From an uncultured delta proteobacterium (GTDB lineage Bacteria; Desulfobacterota; Desulfobacteria; Desulfobacterales; QNYZ01): a stretch of DNA of 64,000 bases. The translations under genes and the position numbers were made by a program. The DNA lies in the NCBI GenBank assembly GCA_963845145.1, contig CAWJQU010000003.1, positions 64,001 to 128,000 of the forward strand, read 5' to 3'. Shown here one piece after another: positions 28,260 through 38,571 of this stretch (positions within the stretch are counted from its first letter, which is position 1; each line of letters starts with the position of its first letter). The notes beneath the pieces were generated by a model. That model saw nothing but the letters and a program-made list of their open reading frames with translations, ran no database searches and was not told the origin of the DNA.

Positions 28260-28292
28260 GCATTAAATTTCTTTTAAAAAAAAGAAGGAGCG

Positions 28293-28673
28293 GTGATCAT
28301 GCGAGTAATGAAGTTATTGGACAAAAAGGGGTATGAGGTCCACACCATCTCCCCGGATGCCATGGTATACGACGCTCTCAAAATCATGGCGGAGAAAAAG
28401 ATCGGGGCCCTTGTGGTCTTAGAGAATGATAAAATGGTGGGGATCATGTCTGAAAGGGATTATGCACGAAAAGTGATCCTTAAGGGCAAGACCTCAAGCG
28501 AGACTCAGGTTGGGGAGATCATGACCCGGGATGTGATTTCTGCCCAACCCACCACCAAGCTGAAAAAATGCTTTAAACTGATGACCAAAAACCATATTCG
28601 CCATATGCCTATCATTGAGGACAATCGGCTGGTGGGCATTATCTCCATTGACGATGTGATGCAAGTTACTTGA
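28293..28673 (+). CDS. CBS-pair protein
   Basis: IGALVV, GIMSERDYARKV, IRHMPI..LVGIISI.D. Confidence 0.9.
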   Translation: MIMRVMKLLDKKGYEVHTISPDAMVYDALKIMAEKKIGALVVLENDKMVGIMSERDYARKVILKGKTSSETQVGEIMTRDVISAQPTTKLKKCFKLMTKNHIRHMPIIEDNRLVGIISIDDVMQVT

Positions 28674-28823
28674 ACCTGAATTGTGCGATTTTTTACTCGC
28701 TCAACTTAGGTTGAAATAAGCCAACCGTATTATTAAGGTTCGTAAATAATGGGAAACCCATTTTAGGGTCTCCAAACCCGCCACACATGCAAGTTATTTT
28801 CCGAATCCCGGAATAGAACAACA

Positions 28824-30022
28824 TTACGCCAGAGATTCAGCATCTCGGCCACCCACCTCCGGGATCCAATAAATCGGAATCAAAGAGATAACCGGGATGA
28901 AGACCAGTACCAGAAGTACGCTCTCAATGGTATAGATATCGCCCAGTTTCCCAACGATGGGGGAAAGTATACCGCCGGTGCCAAAGGCCAGTCCCATCAT
29001 GAGGCTTGCCACCATAGAACGCGCATTGGGGGCGATTTTTTGGGCCATGACAACGCCAAGCGGTATGGAGGCCATGCTGGCACCGCCGGCCAGAACCGTG
29101 GCCGGATAGATCCAGGCGCCGGGGGCTAAGAAAACATTAACAAAAACGGCGCCATCAATCCGTGGGTAATCCACAAAAGACGTTTGTAGCCCATGCGGTC
29201 AGACAAATGGCCGCACAAAAGCCCGGCAAAAGTGCCTGAAATGGTAAAGATGGAAAAAAGAAAACCTGCGGAAACAAGCGTATGGCCTTTTTGTACCCAT
29301 AAAACAGGCATAAAGGTCATCAGCGATTGCCCCACCAGCGCTCGCAATACCATGACGATCCAGATCAGCAGAATCGGTCGCCACACCTTGCCCAAGGTTA
29401 ATCTAATGGTCTCCATAAACCCGTACTGGGCCATGCCGTCGCCCTTGGGTTTGGGTATGACCCAGTAGAAATAGAACCAGATTAAAAAACCGATGATCAT
29501 GGTGGCCGGCATGGCCGAAAGACCGAACCGGGCCACATAGAGCGTGATGAAAATGGGACCAACGCCAAATGCAAAGGTACCGGCCGTATTATAGATAGAC
29601 ATGGCCAGTCCCTGATTACGACCGGCATAAGTCGGAACCATGCCGGTGACCGGCGGATGAAACAGAGACGAACCGGCGGAACCGATGACAATGCAGAGCA
29701 TCAACCCATAAAACCCGGTCGTGATTCCCGCCAGCGGAATGAAAAAAATCGGTAGAATCAACCCGATCAGAATAAAGCGGCGGGAAGGATGGCGATCCGC
29801 CCAAAAGCCCGACATGGGCTGGATAATAAACATCAAAAAACGGGAGATACCGGCCAGTAACCCCACCTGGGCCAGGCTTAGTCCCATTTTATCAATAAAT
29901 ACGGGATACAGGGGACTGATGAAAGAGCTGTAGAAATCACCGCTGAAGTGCACCAGCGCCAGGGCGATTATTATTTTCCAACGGGGTTTTGAGTCCAATT
30001 CAGCCATGGGGGCTTTTGGCAC
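28824..30022 (-). pseudogene. MFS transporter (Fsr-like), frameshifted near 29131
   Basis: HFSGDFY, QP.SG.WADR, FHPP, G.LSDRMG; C-terminal helices in ORF 28824..29174; adding one T to the T4 run joins the frames. Confidence 0.85.
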
Positions 30023-30095
30023 TTAGACCCGCCGATGTCAATGAGAAAAGCTTGACATAGAGGGCCCCCATGGCGTGACCTCAAATGACTTCGGG

Positions 30096-31250
30096 TTACC
30101 CGGCAGCTTTCGCCATTTGGCTGGCAGCGCACTCGTTTTTGCCTAAATCCATGACGTCGGCCTCTTCTTCATCCACCGATGCCAAACCGGCGTTGATTTC
30201 ACGGATTTTGGCGTACTCATCCGGTTGCTTACGGATGTTGGCTTTAATAAATTCGTAAAAGTCCTCTTCGTTTTGAATACCGTATATATCACTATTTAGC
30301 TCTTTGATCCGGCCAATGGTTTCCATAAACATAAACGCTTCATTGGCCTCTTTCCAGGACATGTAATGGCCGGGCAGCACGAGAATCGAATCATCCAGGG
30401 TCCGTATTTTTTCAGTCATGGTTTGGAAAAGCATTTTAGACCACTCCGCCGCCATCCCCCCCAAATCGGGTCTGCCAATGGAATAAATAAAAATTGTATC
30501 CCCGGCAACAATAAAGCGATCATCGATCAAGTAAGAGGTACTCCCCGGTGTGTGTCCGGGTGTATGAATGGCCTTGACTTCGGGTCCCCCCTGGCCAAAA
30601 GAATAGATAGCGCCATCGGCAACCGCGGTATAATCAAAGGCGGCACCGTCAAAATCAGCCGGTGGTGCAATAATGTTCGTTTTCAGGGTGCTTTGAAGCA
30701 TGGCGCTTCCGGAGATATAATCGGCCTGGCGATGGGTTTCAAAGGTTTTGATAATGGTACACCCTTTAGATGCGGCAAATTCCTTATAGAAATCGATATT
30801 TTTTGCCGGATCGAAAACCATCATTTCATTACCGCTCAACAACCCATAACTACACGACGCCTTGCCGGGTCGCCGGAACTGATAGAGTTGATAGTTGTCT
30901 TTCGAGGCTACGCGAACGGGCGCCAATAAATTTCCCCAGGCTTTAATACCCACCAGCATATGTCCCACATCCTCAAACCCGTGACTTATCAGTATATCGC
31001 CGACATATTTGGATGACCCCTCTTTGGCACAGACGATACGAACCTTTTTATCCTTGGGGACTTTAGCCACGCTCTCTTCTTCATGCTCGATGAACTCCAT
31101 GTAAGGCACATTTAGCATGTCGATCGAATGAGGGCCTTCTACTTTAAAGCGACCAAACTCCTCTTCATTTCGAACATCCAGCAACAGAAACGATTCATTG
31201 TTGATTAGCCAATCAAACAGATTTTGAGCGGTAAATGATTCCATGGACAT
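30096..31250 (-). CDS. Rhodanese + metallo-beta-lactamase-fold fusion (persulfide dioxygenase-like)
   Basis: LLDVRN, CAKEGSS loop; ETHRQADYISG, HTPGHT, GDT, GRPDLGG, LPGH, C-terminal GKNEC. Confidence 0.85.
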   Translation of the reverse strand: MSMESFTAQNLFDWLINNESFLLLDVRNEEEFGRFKVEGPHSIDMLNVPYMEFIEHEEESVAKVPKDKKVRIVCAKEGSSKYVGDILISHGFEDVGHMLVGIKAWGNLLAPVRVASKDNYQLYQFRRPGKASCSYGLLSGNEMMVFDPAKNIDFYKEFAASKGCTIIKTFETHRQADYISGSAMLQSTLKTNIIAPPADFDGAAFDYTAVADGAIYSFGQGGPEVKAIHTPGHTPGSTSYLIDDRFIVAGDTIFIYSIGRPDLGGMAAEWSKMLFQTMTEKIRTLDDSILVLPGHYMSWKEANEAFMFMETIGRIKELNSDIYGIQNEEDFYEFIKANIRKQPDEYAKIREINAGLASVDEEEADVMDLGKNECAASQMAKAAG

Positions 31251-31723
31251 GACATCTCCTCTTTGATATTAAAAACCGAACCGGGACATGATTTCCATTT
31301 TTATCAAAATCTGACGCCTGATGATGGAAAAAAGCCTGCCGATGATCACGCGGTTTATCAATAGTATTTCTGTTTAACCTGAAAAATATATTTGAGACAA
31401 GTTTAATATATAATTCGATAATTGCAACTGAAAATTTACACTTTGGCCTCACAATAAAGTAAAAAGCGGTTTCCGATTCTTTACTCTAACGATTCCTGAA
31501 ACTTGGCCCAAACCGTTTTACTCGTGCTATCTTAAGCCCCCTGCCCGTTTGATTTGTATTCAATGTGTCCATCGTTGGTAAATGTGCAGGACCCATTATT
31601 AGAAAAAACACCTCATGCAAAATTTTAAAATGCCAATAATACAAAGTATTGATAGGGGTCATTTTTAAGCCAAAAGTGGTTCGAATCGCCAATAAATAAT
31701 AAATCGAAACGGAAATTAACGTC

Positions 31724-33907
31724 TTGTCGAAAAAGCCGTATTTATACCTGCAAAACGTTTGCCCTCAAACGGGTTATCGTATCTTTACGTGTCCGGAGTG
31801 GACCGATGTATCATTTGACGAAAATTACGAAACCAGCCTGAGCATTATCGATGATCGGATCATTTTCAGCCGACCGATGGGATATGCCACCCTGTCGGGT
31901 GTCAATCAGTTTCTAAAACTGGTTGACGATATCATTGAGGCCCGCTTTCCTGCCCACGTTTCTTGCATTCTGGTCGAAGATATGTCCAATCTGAGCGGCG
32001 CAACAACGGAAGCGCGTCGTCGATACATCAAATGGTTAAAAAATTTCCAACGGTTAAAAGGCCTAATTTTTTTTGGTACGTCCCCATTGCTTAAAATCAG
32101 CGTCAAACTGGGAAAACGGTTTTATCGAGGACCGGTTCAGATCGAAATGGCAAAAACCTATGAATCGGCCGTTACCCTGGCCCAAAACTTTCTTTCAAAG
32201 GCACCTATCCGGGATATCGATGAGCCATCACCCTTTAGCGTTCGAAGTTTTAATCCTCAACGTCTCGATGACGATTCTGACCTAAAAAAAGACAGGGACA
32301 GGAAGTGGGGAAAACGACTAGACGATTTTAATATACAATTTACGGCCCTTGATTCGAAAGTGCTTTACGCCACCGTGAGGGGGGTTTTAAAGACAGAGCA
32401 TATCCAGTATATCGCCGCTTTGCGTGAAAAGGCGACAAAGGAGATCAATCCTCAAGGCGTCGTCGATTATACTATCTCGGACATTTCTCAACTGACCAGC
32501 GCCAACATCAAGGCAAGAAAGGCCTATGTTCAATCCTTGAGGAATTGGAGCCGCACGCAACAGTTTAAAATGTTTATTTTTTTAGGCGCTAACCGTTTTA
32601 TGCGCACAGCGATCAGGCTCGGAAGATCTTTTTTGCCCTTTAAGGTCTGTTTCGCTAATGACTTGCAAGACGCACTGACCCTGATCCATCAAGATCGACT
32701 TCAAAGGTCGATCCCATCCAAACCTATCGATCCGGAGATACTCGCGCCCGATCAGGTTTCGGCCCAGATCAAACCCTATGTCAACGAGCTACTTGGATAT
32801 CTGGGGGTCATCAATTGGGAACTTGACGGTTCGGTAAAGCCGCATGATGTCGAACCGTCCCATCTGTTCTTCCCGATTTATGAAGCTGTCAAATTGATTA
32901 AGGACGAATTGAATGACCTGTTCGATGAGAAAAATGAAGCCGAAAAAAAATTACAGGAAGCCAATTCCGAATTGGAAAGCCGCGTGAGAGAGCGCACGGC
33001 GGATTTAGAGAGAGTGAATCGCGAGTTGATGTTAGAAATTATTGAGCGCAAACAGACGCTCATTGAACTTCAACAAGCCAAACTTACCGCAGAGAAAGCC
33101 AACCGGGCTAAAAGCGAATTTCTGGCCAATATGAGTCATGAATTACGAACACCTTTGAATCATATTATTGGCTTTACCGAAATCGTTTTGGATCAACATT
33201 TCGGCCCGTTAAATGAAAAGCAGACGGAACACTTGCAGGATGTCACCGGTAGCAGCCAACATTTATTGTCTTTAATTAACGATATTCTCGACCTTTCCAA
33301 AGTGGAAGCCGGCAAACTGAAGCTGGCTTGTACGCCCATTCACCTGGTGCAGCTCTTACAAGATTCATTGAAAATGATCCAGGAAAAAGCATATGCACAA
33401 AATATCACCATCAGCCTGGAAGCAAGCGATGCCCCGACCACGATTCAAGCTGACAACCGAATGTTTCGACAAATTATATATAATTTACTGTCCAATGCCG
33501 TAAAATTCACGCCCGAAGGGGGGCATATCAGCATCAATACTTATTTGCACCGTATAGAGTCATCCCTCGTTTCACCCATGGTCTCTAAACACCATACGTC
33601 AACCTTCCAGGCGGCCGACAACGGTTTCGCCGAATGGTTTAACAAGCAAAATACGCCCTTGGTTGAAATCGCCGTTAAAGATACGGGTATCGGAATACGA
33701 CCCAATGATCTCCATCGCATTTTCAGAGCTTTTGAACAAGCTGATGGCTCATCCAGCCGCCTGTACCAGGGTACGGGACTGGGCCTGTCCCTCACCCAGA
33801 AATTGGTCGAACTGCATGGGGGCCGAATTTGGGTGGAAAGCCCTGGTGAAGGGCATGGGAGTGTTTTCAGGTTTTTTATTCCAATTAGTCAAAAGACGAA
33901 AAGTTGA
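31724..33907 (+). CDS. Cytoplasmic sensor histidine kinase
   Basis: H-box FLANMSHELRTPL, N-box NLLSNAVKFT, DTGIG, GTGLGL; no TM helices. Confidence 0.92.
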   Translation: MSKKPYLYLQNVCPQTGYRIFTCPEWTDVSFDENYETSLSIIDDRIIFSRPMGYATLSGVNQFLKLVDDIIEARFPAHVSCILVEDMSNLSGATTEARRRYIKWLKNFQRLKGLIFFGTSPLLKISVKLGKRFYRGPVQIEMAKTYESAVTLAQNFLSKAPIRDIDEPSPFSVRSFNPQRLDDDSDLKKDRDRKWGKRLDDFNIQFTALDSKVLYATVRGVLKTEHIQYIAALREKATKEINPQGVVDYTISDISQLTSANIKARKAYVQSLRNWSRTQQFKMFIFLGANRFMRTAIRLGRSFLPFKVCFANDLQDALTLIHQDRLQRSIPSKPIDPEILAPDQVSAQIKPYVNELLGYLGVINWELDGSVKPHDVEPSHLFFPIYEAVKLIKDELNDLFDEKNEAEKKLQEANSELESRVRERTADLERVNRELMLEIIERKQTLIELQQAKLTAEKANRAKSEFLANMSHELRTPLNHIIGFTEIVLDQHFGPLNEKQTEHLQDVTGSSQHLLSLINDILDLSKVEAGKLKLACTPIHLVQLLQDSLKMIQEKAYAQNITISLEASDAPTTIQADNRMFRQIIYNLLSNAVKFTPEGGHISINTYLHRIESSLVSPMVSKHHTSTFQAADNGFAEWFNKQNTPLVEIAVKDTGIGIRPNDLHRIFRAFEQADGSSSRLYQGTGLGLSLTQKLVELHGGRIWVESPGEGHGSVFRFFIPISQKTKS

Positions 33908-33999
33908 AACTAGTAGAGTCTGCCCAATTGTAAAATATCAATACAAACGGGTTCCGATCGATTTGACAAAAATGCCCCCCTTAAGTAATTGTTTATTCC

Positions 34000-35406
34000 A
34001 TGACTGGAAATAAATCACCTGAATCGACAAATATTTTAATTCTAGGGCTGGGGGGTGTGGGCTTTTACCTGGCCAAACGTCTGGTACACGAAGGGTATGC
34101 CATTACAACCATCGAATCGGAAGGCAAAAAAATCCGCCATGCCGACGGTAGCCTCGACGCCCGGATGATTCAGGGTAACGCGTTGAGCATCGAGTGCTGG
34201 CAGGAAACCGATGCCAAAAAGATGGATTATCTCATCGCGGTAACCAACAATGACGCCGTCAATATGATGGCCTGCCTGATCGCCGACCGTTTCGGTATTC
34301 CTCGCAAAATTGCCCGTGTACGATCCACCGATTTCGGGGAAGAGGGCTCCATTTTAACCGCGCAGGATTTGAAAATTGATTTGATCATTCATCCGGAAGA
34401 ATTGGCCGCCCAGGAAATCTACAGACTGATTAAGCTCCGCGCCGGCAACGACATCATCGAAGTCGCCGAGGGCCAGATCCAGATGATGGCCACCCGCATT
34501 CAAGAAAAATCGCCGCTGGCCTACCGCAAATTAAAAGACATTTCCAAAGAATATCGTGATTACCCATTTCGTATCGTGGCTATCGCCCGGGGGATCACGA
34601 CCTTGATTCCCGGTGGTAACGACGAACTGTTGCCCCAGGACCAGGTGTTTATGATGGCCAATAATGAAAATCTGCCCCATTTGATGGAAATCACAGGTGT
34701 CAAACAGGAAAAACGGCACAGGGTGATGATTCTAGGCGGTGGGTTGGTCGGACGTCGCCTGGCTGAGCTTCTAGGAAAATCAGTTGAGGTCCGATTGATC
34801 GAAAAAGATGAGAATAACGCCAAAGAGCTTTCCCATATATTATCCAACACGGAGATATTACACGGTGACGGGTCGGATTCAGATGTGCTGGTCTCTGCAG
34901 GTCTCTTGGACATGGATACATTTATCACCGCCACTGGTGAAAACGAAACCAATATTATGAGTTGCGTGCTGGCCAAGCATCTGATGAACGCTCCCAACGG
35001 CCATGGGGAAGAAAAACAGGGTAAATGCGTCGCCCTGGTAAATAAAGAAGATTATTTGGTTTTGGCGGCGACCATGGGGTCGGACATTGCCCTAAATAAG
35101 AAAATCTTGGCTGGAAATGAAATTTTGAAATTTATTCGACGCGGTGAACTTCTCTCGGTGGCCCATCTACATGGATTTGATGCCGAAGTGGTGGAAATCG
35201 TAGCCTCTCCGAAATCACCGATTACGCGAAAGCCCCTGTCCAAGATGGATCCCTATTACTATGGGAAAATCTTGATTGGTAGTATCCATCGCGATGGCGT
35301 CTGGATGGTTGCCGTGGGGGACACCCACATTCAAAGTAATGAGCGTGTTATCGTGGTATGCATGTCCCAACATTTAAAAGATGTTCAAAAGTTGTTTCTC
35401 GCATAG
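34000..35406 (+). CDS. trkA: Trk potassium uptake NAD-binding subunit
   Basis: Two RCK units (GLGGVG, GGGLVG), HPEELAA. Confidence 0.92.
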   Translation: MTGNKSPESTNILILGLGGVGFYLAKRLVHEGYAITTIESEGKKIRHADGSLDARMIQGNALSIECWQETDAKKMDYLIAVTNNDAVNMMACLIADRFGIPRKIARVRSTDFGEEGSILTAQDLKIDLIIHPEELAAQEIYRLIKLRAGNDIIEVAEGQIQMMATRIQEKSPLAYRKLKDISKEYRDYPFRIVAIARGITTLIPGGNDELLPQDQVFMMANNENLPHLMEITGVKQEKRHRVMILGGGLVGRRLAELLGKSVEVRLIEKDENNAKELSHILSNTEILHGDGSDSDVLVSAGLLDMDTFITATGENETNIMSCVLAKHLMNAPNGHGEEKQGKCVALVNKEDYLVLAATMGSDIALNKKILAGNEILKFIRRGELLSVAHLHGFDAEVVEIVASPKSPITRKPLSKMDPYYYGKILIGSIHRDGVWMVAVGDTHIQSNERVIVVCMSQHLKDVQKLFLA

Positions 35407-35564
35407 GGTTCGCACAAAAATAAGTTCACAATTTTAGGCGTTGAGGCGCCCGTCTGGCAAGGCGTGAAAGTGCTGGAATATCGAGATATTCCGAGCTTTC
35501 ACAACGCCGCCAGACAGGATGCATCGGCGTATAAAATGTGAAATTATTTTTTCGCGAGCCCTTA
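35404..35564. repeat. ~161-bp imperfect palindromic element (MITE/REP-like)
   Basis: TAGGGTTCGCACAAAAATAA / TTATTTTTTCGCGAGCCCTTA ends; inner arms GTCTGGC..GGCG.TGAAAG..GGAATATC / GATATTCC..CTTTCAC..CGCC.GCCAGAC. Confidence 0.75.
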
Positions 35565-35601
35565 ATACAAAAACATGTCCACAAAAACGCGCCCACTATG
35601 A

Positions 35602-37059
35602 TTAACGCTTCCAGAAGGAAGGGTAAAAGATAACCAACGCCGAGAACATTTCCAGCCGACCCACCAACATATTCCAGGATAAAAACCATTTTCCCACGGC
35701 GGATATCTGGGCGTAATTTTCAGACGGCCCCACATCCCCAAATCCCGGGCCGATATTCATCAGGGTTGCGATAACCGAACTCATGGCGGAGACAAAATCC
35801 ATTTGTTCCACCAACGCCATAAAACATCCCCCGCCCAATACGAGAAAAATATTGACAATAAAGTAGCAAACGGCCAAATCGACGATTTGCGAATCGACGG
35901 GACGCTGGTTTAACCGCACCGACACCACCGACATAGGTCTCAAAAAGATACGTTTGATGGCGGCGACACCGAACTTCCAGATCAGAACATAGTGAACCAC
36001 TTTGATACCGCTGGTGGTTGAACCGGCGCAGGCGCCAATAAAACAGACGACATAGAGAAACATTTGGGCAGCCTGGGGCCACTTTTCATAATCCGCCGTG
36101 GTAAATCCGGTGGTGGTTAAAAGAGACATCACCTGAAAGGTTGCGTATCGAATCGAGTCAACCAGACTGCCGTATGTACTCTCCTTCCACAAAATCCATG
36201 CCACGACACCACAAAAAAAGAGCATGAACCCGACGTACCAGCGCAATTCCGTATTGTTTCGAATCACGCGCCAGTTGCCCTGCATCATGTGGTAAAAGAG
36301 CATGAAGGTCATTCCGCCCAGGAACATAAAGATGATGATGATCCAATCGAAATAGGCGCTATTGTAGTGCCCGATACTAGCATTATAGGGCGAATAGCCT
36401 GAGGTGGATACCGTTCCGAACGAGTGGCACAGGGAATCGAAAAGCGACATCCCCCCGAAACTTAGTAAGATAACTTGCAGCAGGTTCAACGTCATATAGA
36501 TGCCCCAAAGCCAGATCATCGTGTCCCGGTTACGCGGCATAAATTTTTCTTTGGTAATGACTTGACCGGGACTTGATTCAGCCCGAAACAGGCGCACCCC
36601 GCCCATGCCGTGGGGTAAGAAAATAACGGTCAGGGTCAAAAAGCCCATTCCGCCCAACAAATGGGTTTGGCTGCGCCAGAATAACAACCCATGGGGAACG
36701 GCTTCAATATCTTTTAAAATGGTCGCTCCGGTGGTGGTATAACCCGACATCATTTCGAAAAATGCATTGGTAAACGATGGAATCGAACCATGAATCATAT
36801 AGGGCAAGGCGGAAAGCGCCGATATCAAAATCCAACCAAAAAACGCGATAAAAAAACCGTCTTTCAGGTTCAGCTCGTCATGGCGACGAAAAAACCGCCA
36901 TAAAAAAAAACCCAATATAACCGTCAGAATTCCAGTAATGGCAAGGGAAAATAGGTCGTCTTCACCGTAATAAAGTGAACAAAATATCGGAAAAATCATG
37001 GAAATACCCGTAACGAGTAATAACTTTCCGAAGACATTCGCAATTGTGGCGTAATTCAT
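35602..37059 (-). CDS. trkH: Trk potassium uptake membrane subunit
   Basis: SGYTTTG, STSG, TTTGF, GACAGSTTSGIKV, NIGPG, GRLE. Confidence 0.93.
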   Translation of the reverse strand: MNYATIANVFGKLLLVTGISMIFPIFCSLYYGEDDLFSLAITGILTVILGFFLWRFFRRHDELNLKDGFFIAFFGWILISALSALPYMIHGSIPSFTNAFFEMMSGYTTTGATILKDIEAVPHGLLFWRSQTHLLGGMGFLTLTVIFLPHGMGGVRLFRAESSPGQVITKEKFMPRNRDTMIWLWGIYMTLNLLQVILLSFGGMSLFDSLCHSFGTVSTSGYSPYNASIGHYNSAYFDWIIIIFMFLGGMTFMLFYHMMQGNWRVIRNNTELRWYVGFMLFFCGVVAWILWKESTYGSLVDSIRYATFQVMSLLTTTGFTTADYEKWPQAAQMFLYVVCFIGACAGSTTSGIKVVHYVLIWKFGVAAIKRIFLRPMSVVSVRLNQRPVDSQIVDLAVCYFIVNIFLVLGGGCFMALVEQMDFVSAMSSVIATLMNIGPGFGDVGPSENYAQISAVGKWFLSWNMLVGRLEMFSALVIFYPSFWKR

Positions 37060-37357
37060 GGATACCTGAGTTTTTATTGGCGCTTCATTTCGATAGCCGA
37101 ACGAATTTGAGGCTTAGACATACCCAATTCAAATCTAAAAATCAAAAGTTCAATGGGTTTTTTTAAAATCACACCTCATATCAAAAACCAACTATCTGAC
37201 ATACAATTGATTTCCGATGTCTTTTAATATAAAAATCAATTAGTTATACATTTATTGTGTTTTTATAACCATTTACCTATAATAATGTTTTTGTTTTTGA
37301 TGAAGTGTTATATTGATCTATCACAAAATTTCAACATCTACTAAAGGGAGGTATCCA

Positions 37358-37858
37358 ATGGCAACGAAAACTGATTTCTCGAATTCGGAGTGGGAAATTT
37401 TACGTGATGCGCCACATTCGGTGGCCCTGGCCGTCGCCGTCGCCGGAGCGAGCGGAATATTTGGCAGCGTAAAAGAAGCGATAGCCTCAGCTGGAACGAT
37501 CGTTGGCGCATTGAAAGGTGACAACGCTCTCCTACGCGATGTATGCGCTAGAGACGAGATGAAAGCTGCCCAGGGATCACTGCGCAGCGGCATAAAGATG
37601 ACGGACATCAACACATTGCGCGACCAGCTCAAGGCCGGGGCCGCAGACAAAGCAGCTGCCGCCGTTAACCTGCTCGACCAAAAAGGCTTTACCGAAGATC
37701 TATCCGTATATAAATCCTTCCTAATGGAAATTGGAAATAAGGTTGCCGAAGCAGCGAAGGAAGGCGGTTTTTTGGGATTTGGTGGCGAGCGGGTCAGTGA
37801 GGGTGAGCGGGAAGTGCTGGCGAAACTCGGTGGCCTGCTGGATGTGGGGCAAGCTTAA
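37358..37858 (+). CDS. Conserved hypothetical helical protein (possibly TerB-like)
   Basis: GGGAGG RBS; F...EW..L..AP and VAEAAKEGGFLGFGGERVS..E motifs. Confidence 0.7.
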   Translation: MATKTDFSNSEWEILRDAPHSVALAVAVAGASGIFGSVKEAIASAGTIVGALKGDNALLRDVCARDEMKAAQGSLRSGIKMTDINTLRDQLKAGAADKAAAAVNLLDQKGFTEDLSVYKSFLMEIGNKVAEAAKEGGFLGFGGERVSEGEREVLAKLGGLLDVGQA

Positions 37859-37938
37859 TGATTGGGGATTGCCCTACCACGAAGTCTGCCCGGAAAAAGC
37901 CATTGATTGGGTCGCGGTAAGGCAGAGGTCAAAGGGAA

Positions 37939-38556
37939 ATGCCTGAAAAACCCAAATTATTTAAAATGACCTATGAGACTTACCTTCGTCAAATGGCTCG
38001 ATTGGATTTGAAAGATCGCGCTGTCCGGCTCGGTGCGGTATTATCGCGTAATACGCTCCGGGTGTCACTTTATGGGTCACTCTATCAAGTATCGGAAAAA
38101 GGGGTATTTGATGCCGAAGGTAAAACAGCCAATGTAGCGGTAAGTGTCGTTTTATGCCGATATGTACTGCAATGTCCGGATGAGCTTCCGGAGAACGGCG
38201 ACTGGGTCACCTATCGGGAGTTTACGGGGGCCGGACCGCTGGTGGGTTCTTTTACTGCCAATACCAATAAAATCATCGAGACCCATTTTTGCGGGCACCT
38301 GCAAGATTTAAAGACGAGGACCGAAAGGCTTGGCGGGATACCTTCTACCGCAGATACGGGTTATGACCTCTCAATGACTTTCAATGCGCTGCCGCGAATC
38401 CCTGTTTTATTTCGATTTAACGATAAAGATGGCCCATTTCCCGCACAAAGCTCAATCTTGTTCCGACAGTCGGCCGAAATGTATCTCGATCTGGAAAGCT
38501 TATCCATAGCCGGAACATTCCTTACCGGCTCTTTAATCAATAAAGAGCCCTACTGA
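37939..38556 (+). CDS. DUF3786 family protein
   Basis: WVTYREF, ALPRIP..F.F.DKD..FPA...ILF..SA..YLDLE. Confidence 0.8.
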   Translation: MPEKPKLFKMTYETYLRQMARLDLKDRAVRLGAVLSRNTLRVSLYGSLYQVSEKGVFDAEGKTANVAVSVVLCRYVLQCPDELPENGDWVTYREFTGAGPLVGSFTANTNKIIETHFCGHLQDLKTRTERLGGIPSTADTGYDLSMTFNALPRIPVLFRFNDKDGPFPAQSSILFRQSAEMYLDLESLSIAGTFLTGSLINKEPY

Positions 38557-38571
38557 AATAAGCAAAGAGCC

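Noticed and set aside
35426..35689. 87-aa ORF across the palindromic element
   Set aside because: Overlaps trkH out of frame and runs through the non-coding hairpin; no recognisable motif.
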